A DNA stretch of 64,000 nucleotides from Candidatus Eiseniibacteriota bacterium (GCA_963703225.1 OY969801.1:1760001-1824000), one strand, 5' to 3'. Positions 1 through 12,882 are shown, counted from the stretch's first letter. Notes: generated from the letters alone by a model not told the origin. Numbers and translations: made by a program.

Positions 1-1223
1 AGAACTTGATGCCGCCCCACCCCTGGTCGCGGGCGAGCTTCACCGAGTATTCGAGCTCGGCCTCGTCGATTCCCTTGTTGATCACGTCGCGCATCCGCTG
101 CGTGCCCGCTTCCGGCGCGAAGGTGATGCTCCCGCGCCGCCCCTGCCCGATCTTGTCGGCCACCGAGGGGGCGAGCGTTCCGACGCGGGTCGACGGCAAG
201 CGAGATCGACACGCCCTGCTCGTTGGTGAACCGGTCGAGCTCGTGGAGGACCACCGGGAGCTGCTTGTAGTCGGTCGTCGAGAGCGAAAGGAGCGAGACC
301 TCGTCCCAGCCCGCGTGGACGATGCCGCACTGGACTTCCTTCACCACCTCGTCCGCGCGCTTCTCCCGCAGCGGCCGGTTCATGTATCCGGCGAGGCAGA
401 ACCGGCAGCCACGGGTGCAGCCCCGCATGACCTCGACCCCCAGCCGATCGTGGGTGATCTCGGTGGGGCTGATGAGGGGGCGCTCCGGGTAGTACTCCGG
501 CAGAAGCGAGGCCACGTACCGAAAGCGCGGCTTGGCGACCGGAGCCTCGGGGCGCGGATTCCGCGCGACGTATCCAAACGGATTCTTGACCTCATCGTAG
601 AGTGCGGGCACGTAGACGCCCTCCAGCGCGCCCATCCTCGCGAGCACCTCGGCCCGCGGCATGCGGTTCTCGCGCCGCTCCGCCATCAGATCGCAGAGCT
701 CCTCGATCACCTCTTCCCCGTCCCCGATGACGAACCCGTCGATGAACGGCGCGAGCGGCTCGGGGTTGACCGTGCAGAGGCCGCCGGCGATCAGAATCGG
801 ATCCTCCTCGCGGCGGTCCTTGGTCCGCAGCGAGAGCTGCGCCAAATCGATCATCGTGAGGACGTTCGTGTAGGAGAGCTCGTACTGGAGCGAGAACCCA
901 ATCATGTCGAACTCGCGCGCCGGGGTGCGCGACTCGAGCGAGTAGAGGGGTAGCCCCTCGGCGCGCATCAGGCGCTCCATGTCGCCCCACGGCGTGAAGC
1001 AGAGCTCCGCCAGCCCGTCCGGCCGGCGGTTGACGATGTGATAGAGGATCTTCAGCCCGAGGTAGGACATCCCGATCTCGTAGAGATCGGGGAAGCAGAG
1101 AAGCACCCGAGCTTTCGCTTGGGAAGGGTCCTTGCGCGCCGCGTGGAGAAAGCTACCCGTATACCGGCTCGGCTTGGTGACGAGCGGCAGGTACGCTTCA
1201 TCCAGATACCGGAGCTTGTCCAT
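1..1223 (-). CDS. TIGR03960-like B12-binding radical SAM protein, truncated at window edge, apparent +1 frameshift near 198
   Basis: Manual translation from ATG 1223 (SD GGAGGGG): MDKLRYLDEAYLPLVTKPSRY...CFPDLYEIGMSYLGLKILY...FSLQYELSYTN...GCTRFC-type cluster region. After SISL the conserved text (PSTRVG...ITFAPEAGTQRMRDVINK) continues in another frame. Confidence 0.85.
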   Translation of the reverse strand, partial: MDKLRYLDEAYLPLVTKPSRYTGSFLHAARKDPSQAKARVLLCFPDLYEIGMSYLGLKILYHIVNRRPDGLAELCFTPWGDMERLMRAEGLPLYSLESRTPAREFDMIGFSLQYELSYTNVLTMIDLAQLSLRTKDRREEDPILIAGGLCTVNPEPLAPFIDGFVIGDGEEVIEELCDLMAERRENRMPRAEVLARMGALEGVYVPALYDEVKNPFGYVARNPRPEAPVAKPRFRYVASLLPEYYPERPLISPTEITHDRLGVEVMRGCTRGCRFCLAGYMNRPLREKRADEVVKEVQCGIVHAGWDEVSLLSLSTTDYKQLPVVLHELDRFTNEQGVSISLAVDPRRNARPLGGRQDRAGAAREHHLRAGSGHAADARRDQQGNRRGRARILGEARPRPGVGRHQV

Positions 1224-1321
1224 GTCCCCTCCCGCGACTGGGCTCGACCGCAATCCGCTGAGATCGTTGGAGATAAGTGGGTAATCCGTGTGCGCGGATG
1301 CATCGCGCCAAGCGTGAGACA

Positions 1322-2083
1322 CTACCACATGGGACCCACCCCCGCAACCGCCCCCTGGGATTCATGTTCCGGCCCATCCAGGATGCCTCCATGGGTCGCC
1401 GTCAGCCCCAAAATCCAGGCAGCGCCGGCGCGCTCCAACGCGCTCGCTGCCTCGAGCAGCGTGCTTCCCGTCGTGACCACGTCGTCGATGAGGAGGATCG
1501 TCCGACCCCGGACCAAGGTGGGGCTCACGCAAGTGAACGCACCCACGACGTTCACGCGGCGACGAACCGGATCGAGCTCGGCCTGAGCGTCGTGGTCGCG
1601 GACGCGCCGGAGGGCCGGGACCACGGGGATCCCCCATCGGGCCGACGCGTGCTCGGCGAGCAGGAGCGCCTGATCGAATCCGCGCCGGGAGCGGCGCGCG
1701 GGATGGAGGGATGCCGGCACGATCAGCGATTCGCGCCCCAGAGTTCCCTCCCGGTCGGGCGGCTCGGGCAGGAGCGACGCCAGCCACGGTGCGACGCGGC
1801 GCGCCCCTTCGTACTTGAAGGCCCGTACGATCCGGTCGAGCGGCGCCTCGTAGGGCGGGCCCGCGATCGCCAGCCGTCGAGAACCGTGGTGCGGGCAGGC
1901 GCCGGACGCGATCGAAGGATCGGGCGGATCCTCGTGAAGGCAGTAGAGGCAGAGGACCACTCCGGTTCGAGGCACGAGCGCGTCGCACGGGTCGCAGATT
2001 TCCCGACCCCGCGGAGCACGTCCGCCGCACCCGGGACAGCGCCGGTCCCCCAGCGCGTCGACGAGATCCTGCCACCACCACAC
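1322..2083 (-). CDS. comF: ComF family protein (zinc ribbon + phosphoribosyltransferase domain)
   Basis: N-terminal CPGC/CDPC/CLYC, RGFDQA, and PRTase motif LLIDDVVTTGST. Confidence 0.9.
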   Translation of the reverse strand: MWWWQDLVDALGDRRCPGCGGRAPRGREICDPCDALVPRTGVVLCLYCLHEDPPDPSIASGACPHHGSRRLAIAGPPYEAPLDRIVRAFKYEGARRVAPWLASLLPEPPDREGTLGRESLIVPASLHPARRSRRGFDQALLLAEHASARWGIPVVPALRRVRDHDAQAELDPVRRRVNVVGAFTCVSPTLVRGRTILLIDDVVTTGSTLLEAASALERAGAAWILGLTATHGGILDGPEHESQGAVAGVGPMW

Positions 2084-2135
2084 CCCCGTCCCCTCCCATA
2101 CCCTCGGCGGCGAGACCGCGGCGGGGCCGACCCGT

Positions 2136-2996
2136 TCAGCCGGTCGCTTCGGCCAGCGCTTTCTTCATCGCTTCGAGCGGGGCCCGCTCCGCCGTCCAAA
2201 ACTCATAGGAAAGCGCTCCTTGGCAAAGCAGGAGGCCCAAGCCGTCCTCGAAGCGGCGCCCCTCCGCCGTCGCCAGGGCTTTCGTCGCGGCGGCCCGCGC
2301 GCCATAGTTCAAGTCGAGCGCGGGCGCCTCGGCTGTGAGGCGCTCCCACCATCCCCGCTCGGGCCCCTCCACCGAGTCCGTTGCCAGAGCGCGGATGAGA
2401 AGGTCCCATCGAGGAAGCGATTCGGAGCGGGCCCGATCGTCAAGCGCCGCCGCCTCGAGCTCGGCCGGCGCCGTGGACGATTGGCGGAGCGCGTCCACCA
2501 GGTCCCGCGCCCGCCCGCTGTCCCTGCTCACGACGCCGATCGAACGCGGCGAGAGCGACGCCAGGACGGGGACGATGCTCCGCGCCGCGCCGCCCGCCCC
2601 GAGCAGGAGAACGCGCGCGCCCGCGACGTTGACCCCGATCGACGAAATCCAGTCGCGAAACCCCAGGCCATCGGTGGCGTGGCCAAACCACCCCGTTGCC
2701 TCGCGCCGGAGCGTATTCACCGCGCGGACCCGCCCCGCCTCCTCCGTGGCACCGCAGAGAAGCGGCCACGCAGCCTCCTTGTGCGGCGCGGTCAGGTTGA
2801 GCCCAAAGACACCGGCGGCGTGAAGCCCGCGGAGCACCTCCTCGAGGCGGTCGGGGGGCACGTCGAGCGCCACATAGGCCGCCCGCGCGCCCGCCGCTTG
2901 AAATGCCGCGTTCTGCATTCGGGGGGAGAGGGAATGATGGACCGGGTGCCCGAGCAGCGCGTAGACACGGCTCTCCTGGTCGCGGCGCTCGGCCAC
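2136..2996 (-). CDS. aroE: Shikimate dehydrogenase
   Basis: GHPVHHSLSPRMQN, NLTAPHK, AVNT, TDGLG, GAGGAA; GTG start at 2996 chosen after a G-rich SD. Confidence 0.92.
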   Translation of the reverse strand: MAERRDQESRVYALLGHPVHHSLSPRMQNAAFQAAGARAAYVALDVPPDRLEEVLRGLHAAGVFGLNLTAPHKEAAWPLLCGATEEAGRVRAVNTLRREATGWFGHATDGLGFRDWISSIGVNVAGARVLLLGAGGAARSIVPVLASLSPRSIGVVSRDSGRARDLVDALRQSSTAPAELEAAALDDRARSESLPRWDLLIRALATDSVEGPERGWWERLTAEAPALDLNYGARAAATKALATAEGRRFEDGLGLLLCQGALSYEFWTAERAPLEAMKKALAEATG

Positions 2997-3006
2997 GCCA
3001 TCCCCC

Positions 3007-3912
3007 TTAGAGCGTGGAGCGGGGTTCGACCGCTCCTGCCCGCGGGGCATCGGAGAGGACCGATCGCGCTGGTCCGGAGGCGGGGTCGGTGCCGGTATCG
3101 AGACCCGGGCCGCCTTGGACGGAGGGCATCACGGCGGCCGGACGGCGCGCGAGCACGCGCAGCATGATCAGCGCCGTCAAGAGGAGGCCCGCGCTCAAGA
3201 GCTGGTTGATGTTGAACGAAAGCCCTCCGACTTTCCCGAGATACGAAGTGCTGTCGTAGTAGCGCGTGAAGTCGATGAGAAAGCGGAACACCGAATCGAT
3301 GGCCACCGCCGTCCAGAAAAGCCAGCCGTCAAAGTGGGGCTTTCGATCGAGGATGAGCAAGATGCCAAAGAGCAAGAATCCCGCCCCGACCAGATAGAGC
3401 TGGGACGGATGGATGGAGAGACCCGGAAAGACGTAGGAGGAGTAGGACCCCGGTGGAAATTTCACGCCCCAGGCGGCGTGCGTCGGAAGGCCGAAACAGC
3501 AGCCATTAAGAAAGCACCCGATCCGCCCGATTGCGACCCCCAGCACCATGGCCGGGGCCACCGCGTCGCCGAGCCGCCAGATGGGGAGCTTGGCGCGGCG
3601 AAGGTAGAGAATCGTGCCGGTGATCGCGAGAATGTAGCCACCGTAGAGCATCAGTCCGCCCTCCCACAGGCGGAAGATGCCGAGGGGATCGGGCGCGTAA
3701 TCGGCCCAATGCGTGAGCACGAACAGGCCGCGGCCGCCGACGATGGCGAGAATCAGGATGACGAGCGAGACCGTGTGGAGCGAGTCTTCCGGAAATCCGC
3801 GACGCTTTCCGCGGGCGACGAAAATCTGGATCGCGACCAGAAAGGCGATCGCGAGCATGAGCCCGTAGCTGTGAACCTCGAACGTGTGAAATTTGAAGAT
3901 CGATGGATGCAA
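3007..3912 (-). CDS. lgt: Prolipoprotein diacylglyceryl transferase
   Basis: SYGLM, WEGGLMLYGG, IGRIGCFLNGCCFG, HPSQLY; multiple TM segments. Confidence 0.93.
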   Translation of the reverse strand: MHPSIFKFHTFEVHSYGLMLAIAFLVAIQIFVARGKRRGFPEDSLHTVSLVILILAIVGGRGLFVLTHWADYAPDPLGIFRLWEGGLMLYGGYILAITGTILYLRRAKLPIWRLGDAVAPAMVLGVAIGRIGCFLNGCCFGLPTHAAWGVKFPPGSYSSYVFPGLSIHPSQLYLVGAGFLLFGILLILDRKPHFDGWLFWTAVAIDSVFRFLIDFTRYYDSTSYLGKVGGLSFNINQLLSAGLLLTALIMLRVLARRPAAVMPSVQGGPGLDTGTDPASGPARSVLSDAPRAGAVEPRSTL

Positions 3913-3928
3913 GGAGAACCCCTCCGGC

Positions 3929-5160
3929 TCAGTACTCGCGCCAGCGCATCGCGACGTTCTGGATCAGGCCGACCTGCAGGAAGCTCGTCAGGAGCGACGT
4001 GCCGCCGTAGCTCAGGAGTGGAAGCGGCAGACCCGTGACCGGTGCCAACCCGACGGTCATGCAAATGTTGACGACGACATGGTACAGAAAGATCGAGGTC
4101 ATGCCAATGGCGAGCAGGCTCCCGAATCGGTTTCGGGAGTGCTGCGCCACACGTGCACCCCGCGAAGAATCAGTGTCATGTAGAGAACGGTCACGAACGC
4201 CGCGCCCAGGAATCCGGTTTCCTCCCCCACCACCGAGAAGATGAAGTCCGTGTGCTGCTCGGGCAAGAACTCGAGCCCCTTCTGCGTGCCGTGGAGAAAT
4301 CCCTTCCCGGCGACCCGGCCCGACCCGATCGCGATCTTCGATTGGATGATCTGGTAGCCCGCGCCATACGAATCGGCGCTCGGGTCGACGAACGTCGTGA
4401 TTCGCTGACGCTGATACGGCTCCAGATGATTCCAGACCTGAGGGGTGGCGATTCCCACGACCAGGTTCACGGCGACCACGAGGAGGAGCGGCACCAAACG
4501 CAGCCTCGAGCGATAGAGCACGAACGCGAGGATCGCGGCGAAAATCACCCAGGCTGGGAAATAGAAGGAGGCCGCGACGTTGATGATAGGGGTCAGAATC
4601 AGAAAGAGGAACAGCGGAGAGAGGCCCGCCCAGTAGAGCATCGTGATCAGGATCGTGATGAAGCAGACCGACGTGCCCAGGTCGGGCTGTTTGAGAACAA
4701 GGAGGAACGGCACCCCCGCGATCAAGATGAGCTGGAGGAGCGTCCGCACCTGGGTCAGATCGACCCGCCGCTGCGAGAGCATGCTCGCCAGCGCCATCAC
4801 CGTGACCACCTTCGCGAACTCGGAGGGCTGAAACTTGAACGGTCCCCAACCCAGCCACCGCTGCGCGCCCAGCCCCACGTGGCCGACGAAGAGCGTGAGC
4901 AGGAGCGCCCCGATGCCCACCGCGTACAGGAGCCAGGCCGTCTTCCCCTCGTAGATCCGATACGGGACTGCAGCCGCCAGCGCTCCGCCGGCGAGCGCAA
5001 TCACCAGCCAGAGAAGCTGCTTCAGGTAGAGCCCATGCTCGGTGGTCGACGCCGGCATCGCGGTCGCGCTGAAGACGAACGCGATTCCGATGAGGGCAAG
5101 GAGCACGGTCGACAAGAGAAGCGGTCGGTCAATGTCCGCGGACACCCGTGGCGTCAGCAT
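3929..5160 (-). CDS. rodA: Rod shape-determining protein RodA (apparent frameshift near 4150)
   Basis: GAQRW, FQPSEFAK, KQPDLGT, GYQIIQSKIAIGSG and PEQHTDFIF in one frame; the C-terminus PVTGLPLPLLSYGGTS...WREY is in another. Confidence 0.93.
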
Positions 5161-5161
5161 G

Positions 5162-7010
5162 TCAGCGTCCCGCCACCGCGGCGGCGCTCTCGGCCGGCGC
5201 CGGGTGGAAATAGGCCTGCATCACTCGTTGCGCGAGCGGCGCGGCCGCGCTGCCGCCGTGCCCCGCGTTCTCCGCCAGCACGGCGACGACGATCTCCGGC
5301 TTCGCCGCCGGAGCGAAGCAGATGAAGAGCGCGTGGTCCTCGCCATGCGGATTTTGGGCGGTCCCGGTCTTCCCGGCTACCGTGACCGAATCAACCCGCG
5401 CTGCCCCTCCGGTCCCCCCCTGATCGTAGATCGCGGCGACCATCGCGCTGCGAACCGCCGCGAGGTCGTCCTTGGAAAGATTCAAGTCGCGTCGGAGCGA
5501 GTCCTCCGGCGGGACCGCGCGTGGGATTGGAACGCCGTCGCGCGCGATTCCTCGAAGAAGATGCGGCCGGACCATCACGCCGTTGTTCGCGATCGCCGAC
5601 GTGATCTGCGCCAACTTGATCGGCGTGAGGGATGCCTCCCCTTGTCCGATGGCGAGGTTCAGGACCAGCCCCTTGCTCCAGCGGCCCGCGCCGAACTTGC
5701 GGTCGTACCAGGCCGGGATCCGGGAACAGTCCACGCCGTTCCTGCGGCAAATCGATCCCGGTCCGCTCCGAGAGGGCAAGCCGCTTCATGAACTCGGAGA
5801 TCCGGTCCAATCCGGTCCGGAGGCCGAGCTGGTAGAAGTAGACGTCGCAGGAGCGCGCGATGGCCTCGCGGAGCGCCAGCCAGCCGTGGCCGTTCTTGTC
5901 CCAGCAGCCGAACTTGCGGCTTCCGAACTGGTAGAACCCGAAGCAGGGCTCTCGAAACGTGGTCGCGCCCGAGATCGCGTGCACCGTGAGACCGGCCAGG
6001 GCCATAAACGGCTTGAGCGTGGAGCCCGGCGGATAGGCGGCCTGGATCGCGCGATTGAAGAGCGGGTAGTTCCCCCCCTGGCTCAGCTCGTCCCACCGCG
6101 CCTGGGTGATCCCGGTCGAGAATTCATTGGGATCGTAGTTCGGCTTGCTCGCCAGCGCGAGCACCTCGCCGGTCCTCGGATCCATAACCACGATCGCGCC
6201 CCGCGCCCCAGGCCGAAACGCCTCCTCGGCGGCGCGCTGCAGGTCGAGATCGATGCTGAGCGTGACGTCGGCGCCGCGCTTGGGGACGATCGGGCGCTTG
6301 TCGCCCAGGAGCTCCGCCTTCCGGCCGAGCGCGTTCACCTCCACAAAGCGCTTCCCGTCGACCCCGCGCAAGTACGGCTCGTACTGACGCTCGATCCCCA
6401 TCCGGCCGATCAGGTCGCCGCGGGTATACGTGGCGGAGAATTTCGGGTCCTCCAGCTCCTTGTCCGAGATCTCGCCGACGTAACCGAGGAGATGAGACGC
6501 GAAGAGCCCGTACGGGTAGCGCCGCAGCGGCTCCGCTTCCACCTCCACCCCCGGGAGCTCGTCGCGGTGCTCCGACACGTAGGCGACGGACTTGAGATCG
6601 GCGTTTCGCTTGAGACGTATGACCAAGAACGACTGCTTCTTCTCCTTCTTCACCTTGGCGATCAGCGTCCCCGCGTCGAGCCCGAGGATGCCGCCGAGCC
6701 GCGCGACGGTCGAGTCGAGTCCAGCGGGGTTTCCCACGTAGGCCTTGTCGTACGGGTCGATCGTGACCGTGAATGAAGGGACGTTGTCGGTCAAAAGCCG
6801 TCCCTTCCGGTCTCGGATCTCCCCGCGTGGCGCGGTCAGGACTTCCACGCGGATCCGGTTCTCCTCCGAGAGCTCGCGGTAGCGGTTCCCCGCCAATACT
6901 TGGAGCGAGAAGAGCCGCAACAGGACCATTCCGAACGCGGTCATCACCACGACGCGGAAGACGCGCTCGCGCCGTTTGCCGTGGGCGAGCGACTCGGGGT
7001 CGTGAACCAC
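5162..7010 (-). CDS. mrdA: Penicillin-binding protein 2 (apparent +1 frameshift near 5716)
   Basis: APRGEIRDR, YPPGSTLK (SxxK), SCDVYFY in ORF 5391..7010; AIGQG and AGKTGTAQ in ORF 5162..5779. Confidence 0.95.
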
Positions 7011-7013
7011 GCC

Positions 7014-7508
7014 CTACGCCTCGTCCGCGAGCAGGAGCTTCTTCGTGACCCGCTCGACCAGGAACAGAAGCAGGAGCACGATCAAGCTGGTGTAGAGCGC
7101 CGTGGGGAGCGCGACCCGGAGCATCTGGAACAGAAACTTCCCCAGGTCCCCGGAGGTGGAGACCCCGAAGTAGACGACGTCGTGGACCAGCATGGCGAGG
7201 AAGAAGAAGGCAAAGCGCACGCCGAGGTTGGAGCGGTGGACCCGGAATCCAGCCTTGGCGACCAGGAATCCGACCAGGGACTTGCAGAGCGCGTTCAAGC
7301 CCAGGGGGCCCGGCGCATCCAAATCTTGGAGCAGCCCGACGATGAACCCCGCGGTCGTTCCCGCGATCGGGCCCCGCATCCATCCCAGGTAAACCACGTA
7401 CGCCACCAGAAGATCCGGCCGGATGCCGGCGATCTCCATCCGGAAGAGTAGGGTCGCCTGCAAGATCAGCACGACGGCGAGAACGGTGGCGTCTCGAATG
7501 CTCCTCAT
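7014..7508 (-). CDS. mreD: Rod shape-determining protein MreD
   Basis: Hydrophobic 164 aa (IRPDLL, GLLQD, GLNAL) between mreC and mrdA; ATGA overlap with mreC stop. Confidence 0.88.
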   Translation of the reverse strand: MRSIRDATVLAVVLILQATLLFRMEIAGIRPDLLVAYVVYLGWMRGPIAGTTAGFIVGLLQDLDAPGPLGLNALCKSLVGFLVAKAGFRVHRSNLGVRFAFFFLAMLVHDVVYFGVSTSGDLGKFLFQMLRVALPTALYTSLIVLLLLFLVERVTKKLLLADEA

Positions 7509-8383
7509 GGTTCGACCGCGCTCGAGGAGTCCGTGGCGGCCGAGTCGGCCGGCGCCTCGGGCTCTAGGAAGAGCGACGCCGGGGAAGATCCGCGAAGCGA
7601 CGACGGGATATAGACGAGGATTTCCTCCAGCGAGCGAAAGTCGACCGCGGGGCGAACCGAGATCTCCTTCATCAATCCGTTCGCCTCGAGACCGACCCGC
7701 GAGACGGTCCCGATCCGGATTCCGGCCGGGAATATCCCGCCCAGCCCCGAGGTCACGATCAAATCGCCCACCAAGACGTCCTCCTGCGACGAGACGTAGC
7801 GGAGATTCAGGGCGGGCTGGGTTCCAAATTCCCACTGCAGCACGCCGTCGACGCGGCTGCGATCGACGCGCGCCGCGACGGCGCAGTCGTGGTGGAGGAG
7901 GGTCAGGATCCGCGCCTGGTGGATCGTGGCGCGCTCGACGCGCCCCACGAGGCCGTCCGGTGTCAGGATCGCGCGCCCCGGCTCGATTCCCTCCGCGAGC
8001 CCCTTGTCGATCGTCAGGCTCCCGCCCAATCGGTCGAGGCTCCGTCCGATGACGTTGGCAGCGACGAGGCTGTAGGGGTGGCGCTCCTCCATCTTGAGCA
8101 GCTCCCGCAAGCGGACGTTCTCCTGCCGCTCGCCGCTCAGCGCGTCGGTCTCGATCTGGAGCCGCGCGAGCCGCTGCCTAAGCCGCTGGTTGTCCCAGTA
8201 GACCCCTACCGAGTGGTCCACCCACCCCACCGTCGCCTCGAAGGGCCCGAGCAGGGTGTGCTGGATGAACCACGCCACGCGCGCCTGCTCGTGGCGCTCG
8301 AGAAGCATCATGGAGAGGGAGAGGAGGCAGGCGGCGACGAGGACAGTCCAATCGGTGCGGCGGGAAAGCAGATTTCGGAGCAT
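7505..8383 (-). CDS. mreC: Rod shape-determining protein MreC
   Basis: N-terminal TM, coiled coil (ENVRLRELL), TSGLGGIFPAGI. Confidence 0.93.
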   Translation of the reverse strand: MLRNLLSRRTDWTVLVAACLLSLSMMLLERHEQARVAWFIQHTLLGPFEATVGWVDHSVGVYWDNQRLRQRLARLQIETDALSGERQENVRLRELLKMEERHPYSLVAANVIGRSLDRLGGSLTIDKGLAEGIEPGRAILTPDGLVGRVERATIHQARILTLLHHDCAVAARVDRSRVDGVLQWEFGTQPALNLRYVSSQEDVLVGDLIVTSGLGGIFPAGIRIGTVSRVGLEANGLMKEISVRPAVDFRSLEEILVYIPSSLRGSSPASLFLEPEAPADSAATDSSSAVEP

Positions 8384-8402
8384 GAGGGCTCACGCCCAAG
8401 GC

Positions 8403-9440
8403 TCAGTCGCGGACGACCGACATGAGCACCTTTTCGTATTGGGTGGGATCATCCAGGATCTTGCCCGTGCCGAGCACGACGCACGAAAGCGGATCCTCGG
8501 CCACGGTGATCGGCAGGTTCGTCGCCTCTCTCAGCAACATGTCGATGCCTCGGAGGAGCGACCCGCCGCCGGTCATGACGATGCCGCGGTCCACGATGTC
8601 GGAGGCCAGCTCGGGTGGGGTCTTCTCCAGGGACTGCATCAGGGCATCCACGATCTGCTGCAGCGGCTCGCTCAGGGCCTCGCGCACTTCGACCGAGGAA
8701 ATCTTCATGGTCTTGGGAATCCCCGCGACGAGGTCCCGACCCTTGATCTCCATCTCCTCCTCTTGCTCCAGCCGGAACGCCGAGCCGATCTTGATCTTGA
8801 TCTGCTCGGCGGTCTGCTCGCCGATGAGAAGGTTGTAGGCCTTCTTCACGTACTGGACGATCGCCTCGTCCATCTCGTCGCCGCCGACCCGGATCGACTG
8901 CTGATTGACGATGGAGTTGAGGGCCATCACGGCGATTTCGGTCGTCCCGCCGCCGATGTCGATGATCATGTTCCCGGACGGCTTCCCCACCGGAAGGCCG
9001 ACGCCGATGGCGGCCGCGATCGGCTCCGGCACCAGGAGCACCTCGCGCGCGCCGGCGTGCTGCGCCGAGTCCTGGACGGCCCTCTTCTCCACCTCGGTGA
9101 TCCCGGAGGGAACGCAGATGATGATCCGCGGACGCACCCACGTGCGGCGGCGGAGCGCCTTCTGGATGAATTCGCGGAGGAGGTCTTCGGTCTTCTCGAA
9201 GTCGGCGATGACGCCGTCCTTGAGCGGACGCACGGCGACGATTTCGTCGGGCGTGCGGCCGAGCATGCTCTTGGCCTCTTTCCCGACCGCGATGACCTTG
9301 TTGGTGGTCCGATCGACCGCGACGACCGAGGGCTCGTTGAGGACGATGCCCTTCCCTCGGAGATAGACCAGCGTGTTGGCCGTCCCAAGGTCGATCGCGA
9401 CGTCGTTCGAAAAGACGCCCATCAACTGGTCGAGAAACAT
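8403..9440 (-). CDS. mreB: Cell shape actin MreB
   Basis: [43 protein letters not shown] 9440 with GGAGG SD. Confidence 0.97.
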   Translation of the reverse strand: MFLDQLMGVFSNDVAIDLGTANTLVYLRGKGIVLNEPSVVAVDRTTNKVIAVGKEAKSMLGRTPDEIVAVRPLKDGVIADFEKTEDLLREFIQKALRRRTWVRPRIIICVPSGITEVEKRAVQDSAQHAGAREVLLVPEPIAAAIGVGLPVGKPSGNMIIDIGGGTTEIAVMALNSIVNQQSIRVGGDEMDEAIVQYVKKAYNLLIGEQTAEQIKIKIGSAFRLEQEEEMEIKGRDLVAGIPKTMKISSVEVREALSEPLQQIVDALMQSLEKTPPELASDIVDRGIVMTGGGSLLRGIDMLLREATNLPITVAEDPLSCVVLGTGKILDDPTQYEKVLMSVVRD

Positions 9441-9586
9441 CCGTGCCTCCCGAAATCCGTGGGTGGACATGGCGGGCCACTCCTGACCCTGCCCCGGGCG
9501 GGACAGAGCGTTCATTGGTTTGAAGCCATCGGACCGTAGCAAAGCGAACTCCCGAGGCGCAAGGTGTTTCTCCTCGGGAAGCGCCG

Positions 9587-9615
9587 TTGACACGCCGAGA
9601 TACGGGTAGTAGCGT
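9587..9615 (+). promoter_or_regulatory. Putative sigma70 promoter for 9659 gene
   Basis: TTGACA-17 bp-TAGCGT. Confidence 0.6.
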
Positions 9616-9658
9616 CGCTCCTGAACTTCCCTCAACCTGAACATGGGAGGTATCGGCC

Positions 9659-10201
9659 ATGATTCGTCCGAACTTGAGGTTGCTCGGCCTCATCGCCTGG
9701 ATCCTCCTCGTTCCCCGCGTCTCCTGGGGCGCTCCACCCAATGCCACTCCCGGAAATGAGACGGATATTGGCTCTCCCACAGTCGATCCGGATCCGAAGG
9801 TCGAGGATTTCCAGTCCCTGGGCGTGAGTCGGCGTATGACCCTCTTCTCGGGGACCGTGCTCGACGTGAATGACCACCCGGTGCCGGGGGTCCGCGTGAA
9901 GCTCTTCATGGATGGACAGCTCGTGGGGGCGGCCGTGACGGAGGGAAACGGCTACTACGATCTGCGGGCGCTCTACGACCCCGCCGCCGACGCCACCGTC
10001 CTTCTCTGGTTCGTCGCGCCCGACCAATCCCTCATGGCCAAGGAACTCGTGCTGCGGGAGAGTCGGGCGAGCCGGGATCAATCGATCATTTCGAGCTGCG
10101 TCCCGCGCGCGACGGTGACGCCGGGGCGCCAGTTCCGGGTCTATCTCTTCGATACGCAGAGCAGGAACAAGGAGCTGGCCGAGCTGAACTGCCTGCCCTA
10201 G
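9659..10201 (+). CDS. Exported hypothetical protein with carboxypeptidase-regulatory-like (prealbumin-type) domain
   Basis: Signal peptide, [20 protein letters not shown]...TEGNGYY pattern, GGGAGG SD. Confidence 0.7.
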   Translation: MIRPNLRLLGLIAWILLVPRVSWGAPPNATPGNETDIGSPTVDPDPKVEDFQSLGVSRRMTLFSGTVLDVNDHPVPGVRVKLFMDGQLVGAAVTEGNGYYDLRALYDPAADATVLLWFVAPDQSLMAKELVLRESRASRDQSIISSCVPRATVTPGRQFRVYLFDTQSRNKELAELNCLP

Positions 10202-10212
10202 CCGGGACGGGG

Positions 10213-11445
10213 TCAGGCCACCGTTTCTTCTTGGGGGGCCTGGGCTTCGGTCACCCCGGCACGCTCGCGCACGACCCTCTCGATGTCCGGAGGAAGCGGG
10301 CGTCTCAGCAGCTCGTCGTAGAGGTACCTGGCACGGGCGCCGTTCTTGAGCGCGACGAGCTCGATCTCGGCGCTCTTGAGGAGGGCCGCGGTCGCGCCCT
10401 CGCGCTCGGGGTAGCTTCGTCCAAAGGCCTCGTACGCGCGGCTGGCGTCCCCGGGCCGACCCAGGACCTCGCACGCGCGGGCCATGCGCAAGAGGTCCCC
10501 CGGCGGAAGGCTCACCGCCCCCAGCAGCCGCTTCATCTCCTCAAATGTGTCGCACGCCTCCCGGAACCGTCGCTGCTGAAGCCAGATGTGGATCGCGCGC
10601 TGGAAGTGGTCGACGGCAAGCTCGTCATGGTGCGTGACCCGCTCGACGCGGGCCGTCTCGGCGAGAACTTCGGGATCGTCGGGGGCCGCCGCGAGGTAAG
10701 CGTCGTACTCGCACAGCGCCTCAAACCACTCCCCATTGGCCGCAAAGCGCCTCGCTGCGGCCGGATGGCTCTCCAGCTTGCCCTCCGGGATCAAACCCAT
10801 GCTCCATCCGAAGAGCATCCCGATCAGAAGCCCGCCCAGGTGGCCGGCCAGGGACGCTTCCGGGACCGAATCCCCGAGGCTTGCCCAGACTTGGACCAGG
10901 AACCAGACGCAGATCGCGACGATGGCTGGCAACGTGCGACGGTCGGCCCGGAAAACTCCTCGTGAAAGGAGCATCCTCATCGACGCGAATCGAAGCCTCG
11001 CGAAGGAGGCACGCACCAGGAAGAGCCCCATCAGCCCGGAGATCGCGCCGGCTGCCCCGATGATCGGCAGCGTACCCATATCGGGCGCCGCCAGGGCGAT
11101 CCAGGCGGCCCTCGCAAGATTGGCGAGCCATCCGCAGGCGATGAACCCAATCAGGTATCGGGTGGGACCCAGCCTCGTTTCAAGGGGTGGGCCGAAGCAG
11201 GCCAAGAAGGCCATGTTTACCAGGAGTTGGATGGGGCTCGCGTGGAGGAAGATCGACGCGATCGCGGTCGGGACCGTGGGCTGGCCGGCCTTGAACGCCA
11301 GGCGGTACGCCGTCGCCTCGGCGCCAGGGAGCGAGTGGAGCGCGGCGAAGACCGCCACATTGGCGATGACGATCAGCCAGGTGATCCAGGGTGTCCCCCG
11401 GACCTTGGCGTCGGTCCCGATAGGCAGCCAGTAGAAGTAGTACAT
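10213..11445 (-). CDS. Rhomboid-family membrane protein with C-terminal TPR region (catalytic Ser apparently absent)
   Basis: [31 protein letters not shown]; helical TPR-like C-terminus. Confidence 0.82.
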   Translation of the reverse strand: MYYFYWLPIGTDAKVRGTPWITWLIVIANVAVFAALHSLPGAEATAYRLAFKAGQPTVPTAIASIFLHASPIQLLVNMAFLACFGPPLETRLGPTRYLIGFIACGWLANLARAAWIALAAPDMGTLPIIGAAGAISGLMGLFLVRASFARLRFASMRMLLSRGVFRADRRTLPAIVAICVWFLVQVWASLGDSVPEASLAGHLGGLLIGMLFGWSMGLIPEGKLESHPAAARRFAANGEWFEALCEYDAYLAAAPDDPEVLAETARVERVTHHDELAVDHFQRAIHIWLQQRRFREACDTFEEMKRLLGAVSLPPGDLLRMARACEVLGRPGDASRAYEAFGRSYPEREGATAALLKSAEIELVALKNGARARYLYDELLRRPLPPDIERVVRERAGVTEAQAPQEETVA

Positions 11446-11548
11446 GCTTGCGTGGTCCTCCCGCCTTCTCTACACTAGTCGGGGCCTAAAAGCGAAGCAT
11501 TTTCGTCACTTAGCGAGGAGTTGCGGCTCCTCTGGGGAAGGATTCTGC

Positions 11549-12844
<1,296 letters not shown>

Positions 12845-12882
12845 GATCGGCGGGCGGGCCGACCCAGTGCCCACCGGTCGTT

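Noticed and set aside
3929..7010. rodA and mrdA as pseudogenes or programmed frameshifts
   Set aside because: Both halves are intact, no slippery heptamer is evident, and the same insertion pattern recurs across unrelated genes.
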